The notes beneath the pieces are model-generated. The model ran no database searches. It was not told the origin of the DNA and was given only the letters and a program-made list of their open reading frames with translations. 30,380 bases of DNA from Macrostomum lignano (Eukaryota): the NCBI GenBank assembly GCA_002269645.1, contig NIVC01004951.1, positions 1 to 30,380 on the forward strand, given 5' to 3'. Positions 1-16,045 of this stretch are shown one piece after another. Position 1 is the first letter of the stretch; every line of letters starts with the position of its first letter. A program made the translations under genes and the position numbers.

Positions 1-1612
1 ATTCGGAGAAATACCTCTTTAGCTAGTGATAGATTCAGTGAGAAATACCCTTCTGTAGGTAGTTATAGATTCGGTGAGAAATACCCTCTCTAGCTAGTGA
101 TAGATTCGGTGAGAAATACCCTCTCTAGCCAGTGATAGATTCGGTGAGAAATACCCTTCTCTAGCTAGTGATAGATTCGGTGAGAAACACCCTCTTTAGC
201 TAGTGATAGATTCGGTGAGAAACACCCTCTTTAGCTAGTGATAGATTCGGTGAGAAATACCCTCTCTAGCCAGTGATAGATTCGGTGAGAAATACCCTCT
301 CTAGCTAGTGATAGATTCGGTGAGAAATACCCTCTCTAGCTAGTGATAGATTCGGTGAGAAATACCCTCTCTAGCCAGTGATAGATTCGGTGAGAAATAC
401 CCTCTCTAGCCAGTGATAGATTCGGTGAGAAATACCCTCTCTAGCTAGTGATAGATTCGGTGAGAAACACCCTCTTTAGCTAGTGATAGATTCGGTGAGA
501 AACACCCTCTTTAGCTAGTGATAGATTCGGTGAGAAATACCCTCTTCTAGCCAGTGATAGATTCGGTGAGAAATACCCTCTCTAGCTAGTGATAGATTCG
601 GTGAGAAATACCCTCTCTAGCCAGTGATAGATTCGGTGAGAAATACCCTCTCTAGCCAGTGATAGATTCGGGAGAAATACCCTCTCTAGCTAGTGATAGA
701 TTCGGGAGAAATACCCTCTCTAGCTAGTGATAGATTCGGGAGAAATACCCTCTCTAGCTAGTGATAGATTCGGGAGAAATACCCTCTCTAGCTAGTGATA
801 GATTCGGGAGAAATACCCTCTGTAGCTAGTGATAGATTCGTGAGAAATACCCTCTTAGTAGATAGATTCGGTGAGAAATACCCTCTCTAGCTAGTGATAG
901 ATTCGGTGAGAAATACCCTCTCTAGCTAGTGATAGATTCGGTGAGAAATACCCTCTAGCTAGTGATAGATTCGGTGAGAAATACCCTTTCTAGCCAGTGA
1001 TAGATTCGGTGAGAAATACCCTCTCTAGCTAGTGATAGATTCGGTGAGAAATACCCTTCTAGCTAGTGATAGATTCGGTGAGAAATACCCTTCTAGCTAG
1101 TGATAGATTCGGTGGAAATACCCTTTCTAGCTAGTGATAGATTCGGTGAGAAATACCCTTTCTAGCTAGTGATAGATTCGGTGAGAAATACCCTTCTCTA
1201 GCTAGTGATAGATTCGTGAGAAATACCCTCTCTAGCTAGTGATAGATTCGGTGGGAAATACCCTTCTCTAGCTAGTGATAGATAGAAATACCCTCTAGCT
1301 AGTGATAGAAAATACCCTTCTAGCTAGTGATAGATTCGGTGGAAATACCCTTCTAGCTAGTGATAGATTCGGTGGGAAATACCCTCTCTAGCTAGTGATA
1401 GATTCGGTGGAAATACCCTCTCTAGCTAGTGATAGATTCGGTGGGAAATACCCTCTCTAGCTAGTGATAGATTCGGTGGGAAATACCCTCTCTAGCTAGT
1501 GATAGATTCGGTGGAAATACCCTCTCTAGCTAGTGATAGATTCGGTGGAAATACCCTCTATGAGATTCGGTAAATACCTTCTCTAGCTAGTGATAGATTC
1601 GGTGGAAATACC
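1..1612. repeat. 35-bp tandem array (AGCTAGTGATAGATTCGGTGAGAAATACCCTCTCT), about 45 copies, truncated by the window start
   Basis: Period measured directly (GAGAA at 76 and 111); head-to-tail with no spacers. Confidence 0.97.
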
Positions 1613-1858
1613 TTCAGCAAGGGATAAAGTTGAGGAAAACCATCCCTTTGTTATAATAAAAAATGATAAGACTTCTCCCTCAAGAAAGTGAAAGATCGTT
1701 GAAAATACAGCGGTTAATAATGAGTGAAGCTCTTTTTGTTTGTTATTTATTATACTTGACTACCAAACATTTCAGTTTACAGAATCGGTCATAAGTACGC
1801 GCATCGCGGAACTGCATTGTCAAACTGCTCGTACTGTCTTCCAATCTGATCAGCAATA

Positions 1859-1907
1859 ATGAGCAATTTTAATCCACTTCTCACTATGGAGGCGTGCGTG
1901 TATGTTA
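1859..1907 (+). CDS. PH gene exon 1 (MSNFNPLLTMEACVYV)
   Basis: ATG at 1859 and donor GTAAGT at 1908; phase 1 matches the next exon. Confidence 0.6.
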
Positions 1908-4900
1908 GTAAGTTTTAATGTCTAATTTCTGTTATATTAGCATATATCACTGTAAAAGTACTCGCTACATCATGTACTATTCACCCGCAACCAATAGCAT
2001 TAACCATATCCCACCCACTATCACCCTATCCGCCTTATTACACACAAAACTCCATCGCTCCCATCACCTTGACAGACACACTAACCCATCAAACCCACCA
2101 CCCCAACGCACTCACCACCCCATCGCACCAACCACCCCATCAAACCCACCACCCCATCAAACCCACCACCCCATCAAACCCACCACCCCATCGCACCCAC
2201 CACCCCATCGCACCCACCACCCCATCAAACCTACTACCCCATCACACCCACCACCCCATCACACCCAACACCCCATCAAACCAACCACCCCATCAAACCC
2301 ACCACCCCATCAAACCCACCATCCCATCACACCCACCACCCCATCACACCCACCACCCCATCAAACCCACCACCCCATCAAACCCACTACCCCAACGCAC
2401 TCACCACCCCATAGCACCCACCACCCCATCAAACCTACCACCCCATCTCACCCACCACCCCATCAAACCCACTACCCCAACGCACTCACCACCCCATAGC
2501 ACCCACCACCCCATCAAACCTACCACCCCATCAAACCACCACCTTATCAAACCCACCACCCCATCGCACCCACCACCCCACATCGCCCATAGTTTCGCTA
2601 AAAAGCGCCCTAAAAAACACCCCCTATTCCAGAATCGTCAATCCCGTCCATGTCAAAGTGGAAAGATGTCTGCCTTGTGCTGATGCCCGACAGCACCCTT
2701 GGCTGGTACAAAATCAATAGGAAACTTATTGGCAGCGTGAAACTATCGGTATGAGGCCGTCATTCTGGTTGCTTATTGTAATGCATGTGCTCTATTTTTA
2801 ATTTATTGTTACAATGCTCAACGCTTTGCAATGTTCCAGTCGGTGTGCAAGTACCTATGCGTTGGCCACATGGCTAAGGCGATTACTAAAGCGCCGAAAT
2901 TGCCCCGGGACGCCGATCTGAACCAGCTGCTAGGCGTGCCAGTCATGTGCGAACCTGTGCCGGATAAGATGCACTGGTTCTGCTTCGATCATGTCAAGCA
3001 TCTCATGTAAGTTTGGACTGCTTTCTCGCTGTATTGAGTGTCACATTCCGTCTGTGCCTATTCACCATGCTGGAGAATCACAAATTCTTTTTTAAGAAAT
3101 CCCAATCAGTCTGAGAAATCCCAATAATTCTGTAAAATCCCAATCATTCTAAAAAATCACAATCCTTTCCTAAAAAACCCAATCCCCATGCTGACAAATC
3201 CCAATCCTCATTCTAAAATATCCTAATCCCAATTTTCAAAAATCATCAACCGTCTCATTAACACACCGATCTATTTTTCCCCAATGCTTACTCCACAGCA
3301 AGTTCCTGCAAGCCCTGGACACAGTTTTAAAGCCGTCCGCGCCTTCAAAACATGCCGTGGCCGAGAAGTCGGCAGCAGAGCCGTCGCTCCGCCTGCGCCT
3401 CCGCCAGCCTACGACGAAGCGACATCGGCGAGCACGGAGGAAACCGCGCCAGCAGCAGCCAATCAGGACAATGATCGGCGGAAAGCGTTGCTAACCGCCG
3501 GCGGTCTCCTAGCAACCGGCCTGTTGCTAGGGCCAGACTCTGGCTGGTCTTGGGGCTACGGCTGGGGCGGCTCCGGCGCGGTCAGCGGCCCGGTGTTCCA
3601 GGATATCGACGAGCGCGAACTGCTGGCCTACTGCCTGCCGGCCAGAGGCCTGCGCGGCATAGCGGGCCCGGCCGGTTGCGGCAACCGGGGCAGCATGAGT
3701 CACCGCTACAACCGGGCCTATCAGAGGTTCAATAGCGATTTGGGCAACGATTTGGATCGCTGGGAAGAGGACCAGGTGAATAAATTAGTATATAGACTAG
3801 CGTACTAAGCCCCCCATGGGGGCATTCAACTTCATAATATTTGATCCAGCACTTCCAAATCGATTTTTCCATCGCTGGGTTTTTTGTATTATTTCGACAG
3901 ATATCGGCTTTATTTCTCTAGTTTTATACTTTTCGATTCATATCGGCTTTATTTCTCTAGTTTCATACTTTTCGATACATATCGGCTTAATTTCTCGGCC
4001 AGACGGTTTTCGAAAAAAACGCAGACGGACAGTCAGACAGACAAAAAGCGCAAAAGTAGTATATAGATATATCATTATATCTGCAAGTTAAGCGGAGTCG
4101 ACTGTGGTTAGTAATATAATTGCTGGGGCTGTGGGCACCCTGGCGCAACGCCATTGGCGAAATCGCCGCACACCCAATTGCTGACTTCTGAGCACATACA
4201 TGTACAAGCGTGCGGATCTGTACGCTGGCGCGCACTCATACACACGCTCCCACAGGGTGTACAGCGGCCCTGTACTCTCAATTATTCAAGTAATTGATAG
4301 GTCAGTATAAAAATCAATCATTTATCAATCACACTGAGTCCACCAATCAGCAAGTCAACTCCGAATACCCGTTGGCGCAGGACCGACGCGCTGCCCGACG
4401 TCGTTCCGACGCCGCTGCCGACGAAGCCGGCCGGGCCACCACCGCCGAGGAGCTCGGCGCTTCCTTGGCCGTCGTTTCAGCAGCTGCCGCCGCCGCCGCC
4501 GGGGCTGAGCACTGCGCCAGCAGCCTGCAAGACTTCTACGATATTGGCGACATCCATGGAGGCTACGGCGTCAACGAACTGGGCGACGCGTCCAACACGG
4601 CGATGCTGATGGCTGCTGCTGCGGCAGCTGACGATGAAGATCAATTCGGACACGAACTGTCGAGTTCGCGCATCGCCGGCGGCTGTTGCCCGGACACGGA
4701 GGCCACCTTCGTTAGCGACGACGCTGCGATGTCGGTGGCGGCGACTGCTGCAGACGTCGATGTCGATGACGCGCTGACAACCGCGGCCCTGATGGCGGCC
4801 GACGAGGATCTTCGCGACGAGCTGGTCAGCAAGGAACTCGACGACTTCCATCTGGCCGCCGTCGACGACATCGACGCTTTCGGCGGCCGTGGCGCTGATC

Positions 4901-5178
4901 GGGACGCCGACGACACCGAGGACTTGCACCTGCTGTACTCGGAGCACCAGGACGCCAGCGACGGCCACTGCCAGGGTGAGTGTGGCGGCGACCCCTACGA
5001 CTGTCGGGACGCTGCCGCCGAATTCGAGGATCTGCTGCGCGACGAAGAGGACGAATTGGCGGCTGAGAAGCTGGAGGACGAGGTTGACTACTATGACGAC
5101 AGGTACGGCGACGACTACGGCTACGGCGACGACGGATTTGGGGTGACGATTTTGGACGAGATGACGACTTTTAATTGA
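1859..5178 (+). CDS. Spliced gene model: PH-domain protein, evectin/PLEKHB-like (PH, PPxY, hydrophobic Gly/Trp segment, long acidic tail). Exons 1859-1907, 2633-2748, 2840-3006, 3299-3775, 4381-5178, with one frameshift near 3386
   Basis: All four introns are GT..AG and phase-compatible (1,0,2,0). The joined translation MSNFNPLLTMEACVYVKSSIPSMSKWKDVCLVLMPDSTLGWYKINRKLIGSVKLSSVCKYLCVGH...LNQLLGVP...MHWFCFDHVKHLIKFLQAL follows the evectin PH pattern as I recall it (KxWK..L..D..L.YY...C..I..G). It is followed by PPAY and GLLATGLLLG..GWSWGYGWG. The family call is from memory, not a search. Confidence 0.7.
2085..2585. repeat. About 17-bp C/A-rich minisatellite (ACCCACCACCCCATCAA) in PH gene intron 1
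   Basis: Visible repetition; it explains ORFs 1918-2499, 2069-2683 and 2401-2583. Confidence 0.93.
2633..2748 (+). CDS. PH gene exon 2 (KSSIPSMSKWKDVCLVLMPDSTLGWYK...)
   Basis: Acceptor TATTCCAG at 2632, donor GTATGA at 2749, open frame, PH beta-strand pattern. Confidence 0.75.
2840..3006 (+). CDS. PH gene exon 3 (SVCKYLCVGH...HWFCFDHVKHL)
   Basis: Acceptor TGTTCCAG at 2839, donor GTAAGT at 3007, 55 open codons. Confidence 0.8.
3075..3235. repeat. Degenerate AAATCCCAAT repeats in PH gene intron 3
   Basis: Several AATCCCAAT copies; TGTAAAATCCCAAT is shared with the 7110-7500 array. Confidence 0.7.
3299..3775 (+). CDS. PH gene exon 4 (end of PH helix, PPxY, hydrophobic segment), with an apparent 1-nt deletion near 3386
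   Basis: Acceptor CTCCACAG at 3298. The incoming frame reads IKFLQALDTVLKPSAPSKHAVAEKSAAEPS; ORF 3284-3808 takes over at 3386 (APPAPPPAYDEA...). Candidate donor CAG|GTGAAT at 3776. Confidence 0.7.
3892..3990. repeat. 39-bp tandem repeat, about 2.6 copies (TTTCGATTCATATCGGCTTTATTTCTCTAGTTTCATACT), in intron 4
   Basis: Copies start near 3892, 3931 and 3970. Confidence 0.85.
4381..5178 (+). CDS. Asp/Glu/Ala-rich coding exon, probably the last exon of the PH gene
   Basis: GC-rich 266-codon open stretch inside ORF 4294-5178. Acceptor GGCGCAG at 4380 (alternative at 4350) is phase 0, matching the donor at 3776. Stop TGA at 5176-5178. Linkage to the upstream exons is inferred. Confidence 0.65.
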   Translation, partial: DRRAARRRSDAAADEAGRATTAEELGASLAVVSAAAAAAAGAEHCASSLQDFYDIGDIHGGYGVNELGDASNTAMLMAAAAAADDEDQFGHELSSSRIAGGCCPDTEATFVSDDAAMSVAATAADVDVDDALTTAALMAADEDLRDELVSKELDDFHLAAVDDIDAFGGRGADRDADDTEDLHLLYSEHQDASDGHCQGECGGDPYDCRDAAAEFEDLLRDEEDELAAEKLEDEVDYYDDRYGDDYGYGDDGFGVTILDEMTTFN

Positions 5179-5339
5179 CAGCGGCAGCAGTTTTGAAGCT
5201 CTGGAACTGATTAAACATCTTAACTAATTGGGGTTCATCAGCGTTCTCTGCAAATTTGCACTACTGGTCTGCATGGTGTTGATGGCTACTAAGGCCTTCA
5301 AGGTGTCCTGAGGGTATTTTGCGTTTGTCCTGAGATTTT

Positions 5340-6090
5340 TTTGAGGCTGTCTGAGGATGTCCTGAGAATGTATGTCCTGAAACTTTCCTGAGGATGTTCT
5401 GAAACTTTCATGAAGATGTCCTGAAACTTTCCTTAGGCTGTCCTAAGAATGTCCTTAGGCTGTCCTGAAACTTTCCTGAGTCTGTCCTGAATCTTTCCTG
5501 AGGCTGTCCTGAATCTTTCCTGAGGCTGTCCTGAATCTTTCCTGAGGCTGTCCTGAATCTTTCCTGAGGCTGTCCTGAATCTTTCCTGAGGCTGTCCTGA
5601 ATCTTTCCTGAGGCTGTCCTGAAAATTTCCTGAGGCTGTCCTAAGGATGTCCTTTTGCTGTCCTTAGGCTGTCCTGAAACTTTCCTGAGGCTGTCCTGAA
5701 ACTTTCTTGAGGCTGTCCTGAATCTTTCCTGAGGCTGTCCTGAAACTTTCCTGAGGCTGTCCTGAGGATGTCCTTTTGCTGTCCTTAGGCTGTCCTGAAA
5801 CTTTCCTGAGGCTATCCTGAAACTTTCCAGAGGCTGTCCTGAGGATGTCCTTAGGCTGTCCTGAAACTTTCCTGAGGCTGTCCTGAGGCTGTCCTTAGGC
5901 TGTCCTGAAACTTTCATGAGGCTGTCCTGAAACTTTCATGAGGCTGTCCTGAAACTTTCCCGAGCTGTCCTGAGGATGTCCTGCGGCTGTCCTGAAACTT
6001 TCCTCAGGCTGCCTGAGAATGACCTGAGGCTGCCTTGAGGATGTCCTGAGGATGTCCTGAGGCTGTTCTGAGGATGTCTTGAGGATGTCA
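5340..6090. repeat. About 22-bp minisatellite (AGGCTGTCCTGAAACTTTCCTG) with 11-bp sub-units
   Basis: Visible; degenerate at both ends; explains minus-strand ORF 5408-5917. Confidence 0.95.
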
Positions 6091-6390
6091 TTGGCCTGAA
6101 AGCCAACAGGAATAATATGACTATTATCTACTATTAGTAGTTAAACTTTTCAGATAAATTTGAATTTTTAATTTCTTTTTAACGTCAGCAGTAATCCGCG
6201 TCCGTGTTGTCGCTTTCAGTTGTCTATGTTGTGTCTTTTTTTCCAATTTGCTGCTTCCACGTTGTTTCTTTGTTCAGCTGAACTTTTGAAAACGCTTCCT
6301 TTGTGTCTTTGTAGCGGGGATTTTTAAAAAATCTTTTTTGTACATCGTTTTGCGGTGTTGAACTGATCTAGTCTCATGTTTTTATATTTT

Positions 6391-6462
6391 ATGATTATTG
6401 CATTGCATTACATGATTATTGCATTACATTACATGATTATTGCATTACATTACATGATTATC
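6391..6462. repeat. 21-bp tandem repeat (ATGATTATTGCATTACATTAC), about 3.4 copies
   Basis: Read directly from the sequence. Confidence 0.85.
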
Positions 6463-7109
6463 GGATCTATCTATAGAGACTCGAGAGGGGCAGTTAAAAA
6501 ATTCGAAATTGAAAACAGAATCAAATCAAATTAAAGTACCAACATCTCTGCCCCTGCAGACTCCATGATTACAGATTATATTCATTTTTACTTTTAATAA
6601 TATTAGTATTATATATTGTGTATTATAACACAAATATGTATATTCTGATAACAATGTTCTAAATCTTTATTAGTCTCTCTCTCTGTGTTTACAGTACTGC
6701 TGCCTTATACATACTCTGTACATATTCTATGTCTTTAACTATATATATGCCTATTTTTATGATTTAAAAAATGTGGGTCTCTCTATTAAAATCATTTTTT
6801 AGCCGCTGTTGTTGTCGTTGTCATTTTTTTAATTTTCAAATGCCAATTTATATTGTCTTTAAGTTTGTCTCTGTCGGTCAGCAGTTTATTCATATTTTTG
6901 CATATAAGCATCATTATTCTAACTTATGTGACAGTATTATTTTTTTACTTTCTATTATTATATATCTAGTCCTAGCTAGTCACTTTTTTGTTTGTATTTA
7001 TACTACCAGCTCCTTGCCTTGCATAGGTTTATTGATCCAGGGTTCACTGAAATCTTCACTGGTTGATTTTGTTGAGTTTTAATACCAAATTCGCGTTATG
7101 AAAATCCCC

Positions 7110-7505
7110 ATTTTTTCCAATTTTGAAACTGTTGAATCCCAAATATTCCCACTGTAAAATCCCAATTATCCCACTGTATAATCCCAATGATTCCCACTGT
7201 TGAATCCCAAATATTCCCACTGTAAAATCCCAATTATTCCTGTAAAATCCCAATTATTCCCACTGTAAAATCCCAATTATTCCCACTGTAAAATCCCAAT
7301 TATTCCTGTAAAATCCCAATTATTCCCACTGTAAAATCCCAATTATTCCCACTGTAAAATCCCAATTAATCCCACTGTAAAATCCCAAATATTCTCACTG
7401 TAAATCCCGATTATTCCCACTGTAACATCCCAAATATTCCCACTGTATAATCCCAATGATTCCTACTGCAATATCCCAGTTGTTCCTACTGTAAAATCCC
7501 AATCC
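7110..7505. repeat. 23-bp minisatellite (ACTGTAAAATCCCAATTATTCCC)
   Basis: Read directly; some copies are 20 bp. Confidence 0.93.
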
Positions 7506-8105
7506 TTCATTGAACGGGATCGCAAGTAACAAAACTTGCTAAATCATATTTTCCAAGTTTGCATATTGTTTGCACAAAATTGAAAGAATTCCAATTTGTT
7601 TTGTGAGTTTCACTGCACACAAATATCGCTGCTTAAAATGTCTAATCGGATATTTAGCAGTGCGATAGTGTCTATGCTTACCCATATCCTATTTCAGACA
7701 TGAAAGATTTTATCAGGCAGATATTACAGTTGAATCAAAACCTTCTTGACTTTTAAAGCAAGCATTGCAATGTTAATAAAGATGCATATTTTTACTATAT
7801 TTGTTCACAATATTTATGATTATTTTGTGTCAATTTCTATTTTCTTTTTCTGTTTCTATTTGCACCTTTTTGCACAAAGTAGAGTTTTCTACCCTCTGTC
7901 GTTTAATATTCTAATTTATTTTTTTAGTACAGCCATTGCACAGGACCATGCTCTTATATGCTTTTTAACAATATATATATAGTTGGATACTTAGGTATAC
8001 AATACAATATTATATAATTAATTTGTTGAGACTTGCAGTTTAATTTTATTCATTAAAACCTGATTGATAGATGGAGCTCATGAAGACAAGTAGCTTTGAA
8101 CACTC

Positions 8106-8272
8106 TGTACAGGAAGGCCTGTAGTTTAGCTGTACAGGAAGGGCTGTGGTTTAGCTGTACAGGAAGGCCTGTGGTTTAGCTGTACAGGAAGAGTTGTGGT
8201 TTAGCTGTACAGGAAGTGCTGTGGTTTAGCTGTACAGGAAGGGCTATGGTTTAGCTGTACAGGAAGTGCTGT
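8106..8272. repeat. 25-bp minisatellite (TGTACAGGAAGGGCTGTGGTTTAGC), about 6.5 copies
   Basis: Copies start at 8106, 8131, 8156 and onward. Confidence 0.93.
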
Positions 8273-8695
8273 CGAGCCTGGGCCGCTGGCACATCAGAGC
8301 CTGTGCTAGACCACAAGGTTACCAACCCAAAGCTTTGGTTGTTGAGGTTAGAGTTAGGGTTTAGATTAGAGCAAAGATTTAGGGTATGGTTTAGGAGTAT
8401 GTTTAGGTCATGTTTAGGTTAAGGTTTCAGTTTGTCAGTTAATTCGTAGCAGTCGAAATAGCAGTAGCAATTGCAGAGTCTAATTCTCATTTGATGCAGT
8501 TCTGTTGGAGGTTGAGAAAGCAATTTAGTCCTCGACACATGCGCTGTTTAGCATTGTTGGGTAGGGAATCTCTGTAACCATGGAAACTGACATTGACTTC
8601 ATGCCAAGCTAACTCCGGTCGGCCCGAGGTGGCAGCCACCGACACCTGTTTTTGGTGCATCTCTCTGCCGCTGACTTCCCAGCTGCCAGCGAATA

Positions 8696-13581
<4,886 letters not shown>

Positions 13582-14121
13582 TTGATTAATTGGTTAATAG
13601 AATTACAGATTTTCTGGTAGATTAGTGAATATTTATTGTCTTGTTGGTTGTTTCAAGTCAGTTTAATTACTGTCTGTCTGATTGGTTAAATGGACTGTTT
13701 GACTTGTATGATCGATCGGTTGCTTAGTTGGTTTGTTTATTCAATAATTAGCAGATCCTTTGTTGAGGTGACTAATTAGGATAAGATCGTTAAGCAATCG
13801 ATAATTAATTATTGAGTGGAGGTTCGACAATTATGATATTGTTGTTTGGTTTACTGATGTATCAATTTCATTGTGATATTTTCATATTACATATATTTTG
13901 TTGCCGTTAAGTTCATTTGTTTGTTCAATCACCTGTGTCTGGCTAATCTCAATCCGAGTTCCTAAAATGTCTAATTGCTCTACTTGCATGTACGAACGTA
14001 TATATATATGTATATATATATGTGGCACATTTGCGTGTAAACTACTTTCAGTTAAGTAGAAAGTTAAGTAGGAAGCATTTTAATGCATTTTGGTACAGGA
14101 CTCGATTTATTTGACCTCTTA

Positions 14122-14352
14122 CCCCTTAGCTTGGCCCTCCGACCGCGTCATTCCTCACATATCCTCTACCCCCTCCCCGCCGCCCAGTTTTTATTGCCTT
14201 CCTCTGTATTCCGCTTAAAGCTGCCATGTACATTTATAGACTCGTTACCCACCCCCCACTAGCTGAACGCCTCCGACTGCGTCTCCTCGCATCTTTCCAC
14301 ACAAAACCTCTACCCCGCTCCGCCGCCCAATTTTTATTGCCTTTCTCGACGT
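14122..14352. repeat. Two diverged direct copies of an approximately 90-bp C-rich segment
   Basis: CTCTACCCC..CCGCCGCCCA(G/A)TTTTTATTGCCTT occurs at about 14164 and about 14307, each preceded by CCTCCGAC(C/T)GCGTC. Confidence 0.75.
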
Positions 14353-15044
14353 ACATTTCTAGTGGCGCTGGCTAATGTACATTACGGCTGCACCAATCAC
14401 GAGTTGTTAAAATCATCCACAAGTCGCAAAAAAGTGGCTTTCTTCTCGTGAAATAGCTTACGCTTGCTTCCTTGCTACTAAACTGAAAGTAGAGAAACTT
14501 TTCTATCAGAAAATAAGCCAGTTATTATAGAATCTGTGATGCGGATTTTGGAACGGGAATTATTGTTGTTATTATATATATATATTAGTTTATCGCAGTA
14601 TAGTTAATTATAATATCTGTTATGTTTTGCGATCTCTTTCCCACTATAAGTTTTCCGTTGACTGATTACCGCCAGTTAAAACTCTTGTGTGTAGCATTGG
14701 CAACGATAGTTATATTCAGTAGTACATTGATGTACTTTTATTTGGTATTGTGATTGTTTCTCGAACAATTAATTTATAATTCGCCTAAGTGAATTTAGTG
14801 AAGCAACGGCTTGTGTACATTTAATCTACGAGACGTCTGGTAAAGATTTGCCTGTATGAATATGATGGCGTGGAAACTTAATAATGATAACTTTTAAGTT
14901 TTTGGTGGCAATTAACTCTGTTTTGGTTATTTTCTTTGAATAGTGTCCAGAAAGTTGTATTTAGGTGGACTATTGGAGGTTGCTAACACAAATTTCAAAC
15001 TATCCGCAAAACTTCAAAATAGACGTTTCTCTTATCTTATACGC

Positions 15045-15220
15045 ATGGGCTAGATTAGCAATTCATTCTATTCCTACATCTACATATGAGCTAGATTAGC
15101 AATCCATTCTATTCCTACATCCGCATATGGGCTAGATTAGCAATCCATTCTATTCCTGCATCCTCATTGGCTAGATTAGCAGTCCATTCTATTCCTGCAT
15201 CCTTGAGCTAGATAGCAATT
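15045..15220. repeat. Short, diverged copy (about 4 units) of the 39-bp satellite found at 21190-22832
   Basis: GGGCTAGATTAGCAATCCATTCTATTCCT(A/G)CATCC units. Confidence 0.92.
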
Positions 15221-15914
15221 TTTGCAATTTAAAGGCTAATTTTTCTAATTTCTAAGTTCCAATTTTTAATTTTTAATTTCAGTTCTAATTTTATGTAATC
15301 GTATGATTGAAGCTTAGCAACAATCTATGCGACTGATAAATAGGAATCACAGTCGAATGACTTCGCCAATCCTACGTTGGGGTTAACTTTCTTAAGTAGT
15401 AGTTGGTTAGTTCTAAGTCTAGTTATGGGAAGCTGGTTTTCCTAGCTTTTTCCCTTAAACTAGCAGTGGGGGGTTAATCTGGTTAGATTTTTCTACATTG
15501 GTTATAATGCCTTTGCCCAGCTGTCGCGAACCCTGTCTCTGTCAGCATATCAGATTAAAGCAGCTAAGTGGAAAATGACAGGTGTTTATCTAGGATATTT
15601 AGCCTCTTATTTTTCTCTGATGGGGCTGTTACTGACGGGAACGAAGGGTTATTAGTTCCTGAGATTTGAGCTTTGATCTTTGCTCGCGTTCGGGAATGAG
15701 AACTGATGACGATCGGCCAGTACTCTAGCAGTAATCTGTTGTTGAAGATCTACTCGTGTCGAGTAACCTCCGGAGCAAGGATATTCCAGTGTCAGATCTG
15801 TGTAGATTCTCAACTTTATTCGAATATTTTAGCCTAATAAGATATTATATATTAAATATCCGATTTCCCTGTTCGTAAACTTTTTTCTAATCTATATCTG
15901 AACCTAATAACACA

Positions 15915-16045
15915 AATATTGGTGTCAATGATAGACGTCATGCCTGGTTAAAGGACGCCAATATTGGTGTCAACAGAGACGCCATGCTTGGTTATGGACG
16001 CCAATTGTGGTGTCAAAAGCTTCATTCTTGATTATAGACGTCAAT
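15915..16045. repeat. About three degenerate 43-45-bp repeats (TATTGGTGTCAA..GACG(T/C)CATGC(C/T)TGGTTA..GGACGCCAA)
   Basis: Copies start near 15918, 15962 and 16005. Confidence 0.7.

Noticed and set aside
1-1612. CRISPR array (35-bp repeat with a palindromic core)
   Set aside because: Units are head-to-tail with no unique spacers, there are no cas genes, and the context is eukaryotic.
1918-2683. His/Pro/Thr-rich ORFs
   Set aside because: They are translations of a 17-bp C/A repeat inside a phase-consistent intron.
5408-5917. 169-aa minus-strand ORF
   Set aside because: Translation of the 22-bp minisatellite.
7615-7670. Imperfect hairpin TATCGC-TGCT-AAA...TTTAGCAG-GCGATA
   Set aside because: It needs several bulges in AT-rich DNA, and there is no tRNA, snoRNA or other family signature.
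6771-7982. Hydrophobic short ORFs in AT-rich DNA (also 3816-4091, 16599-16818, 19382-19704, 20584-20950)
   Set aside because: Composition is unlike the GC-rich true exons; there are no domains and no supporting splice context, apart from the 32-nt candidate exon at 19472-19503 noted in the findings.
15350-15900. Possible retroelement relic (a DTG triplet in one minus-strand frame)
   Set aside because: Frames are short and stop-ridden, and I recognise no protease, RT, RNase H or integrase motif.
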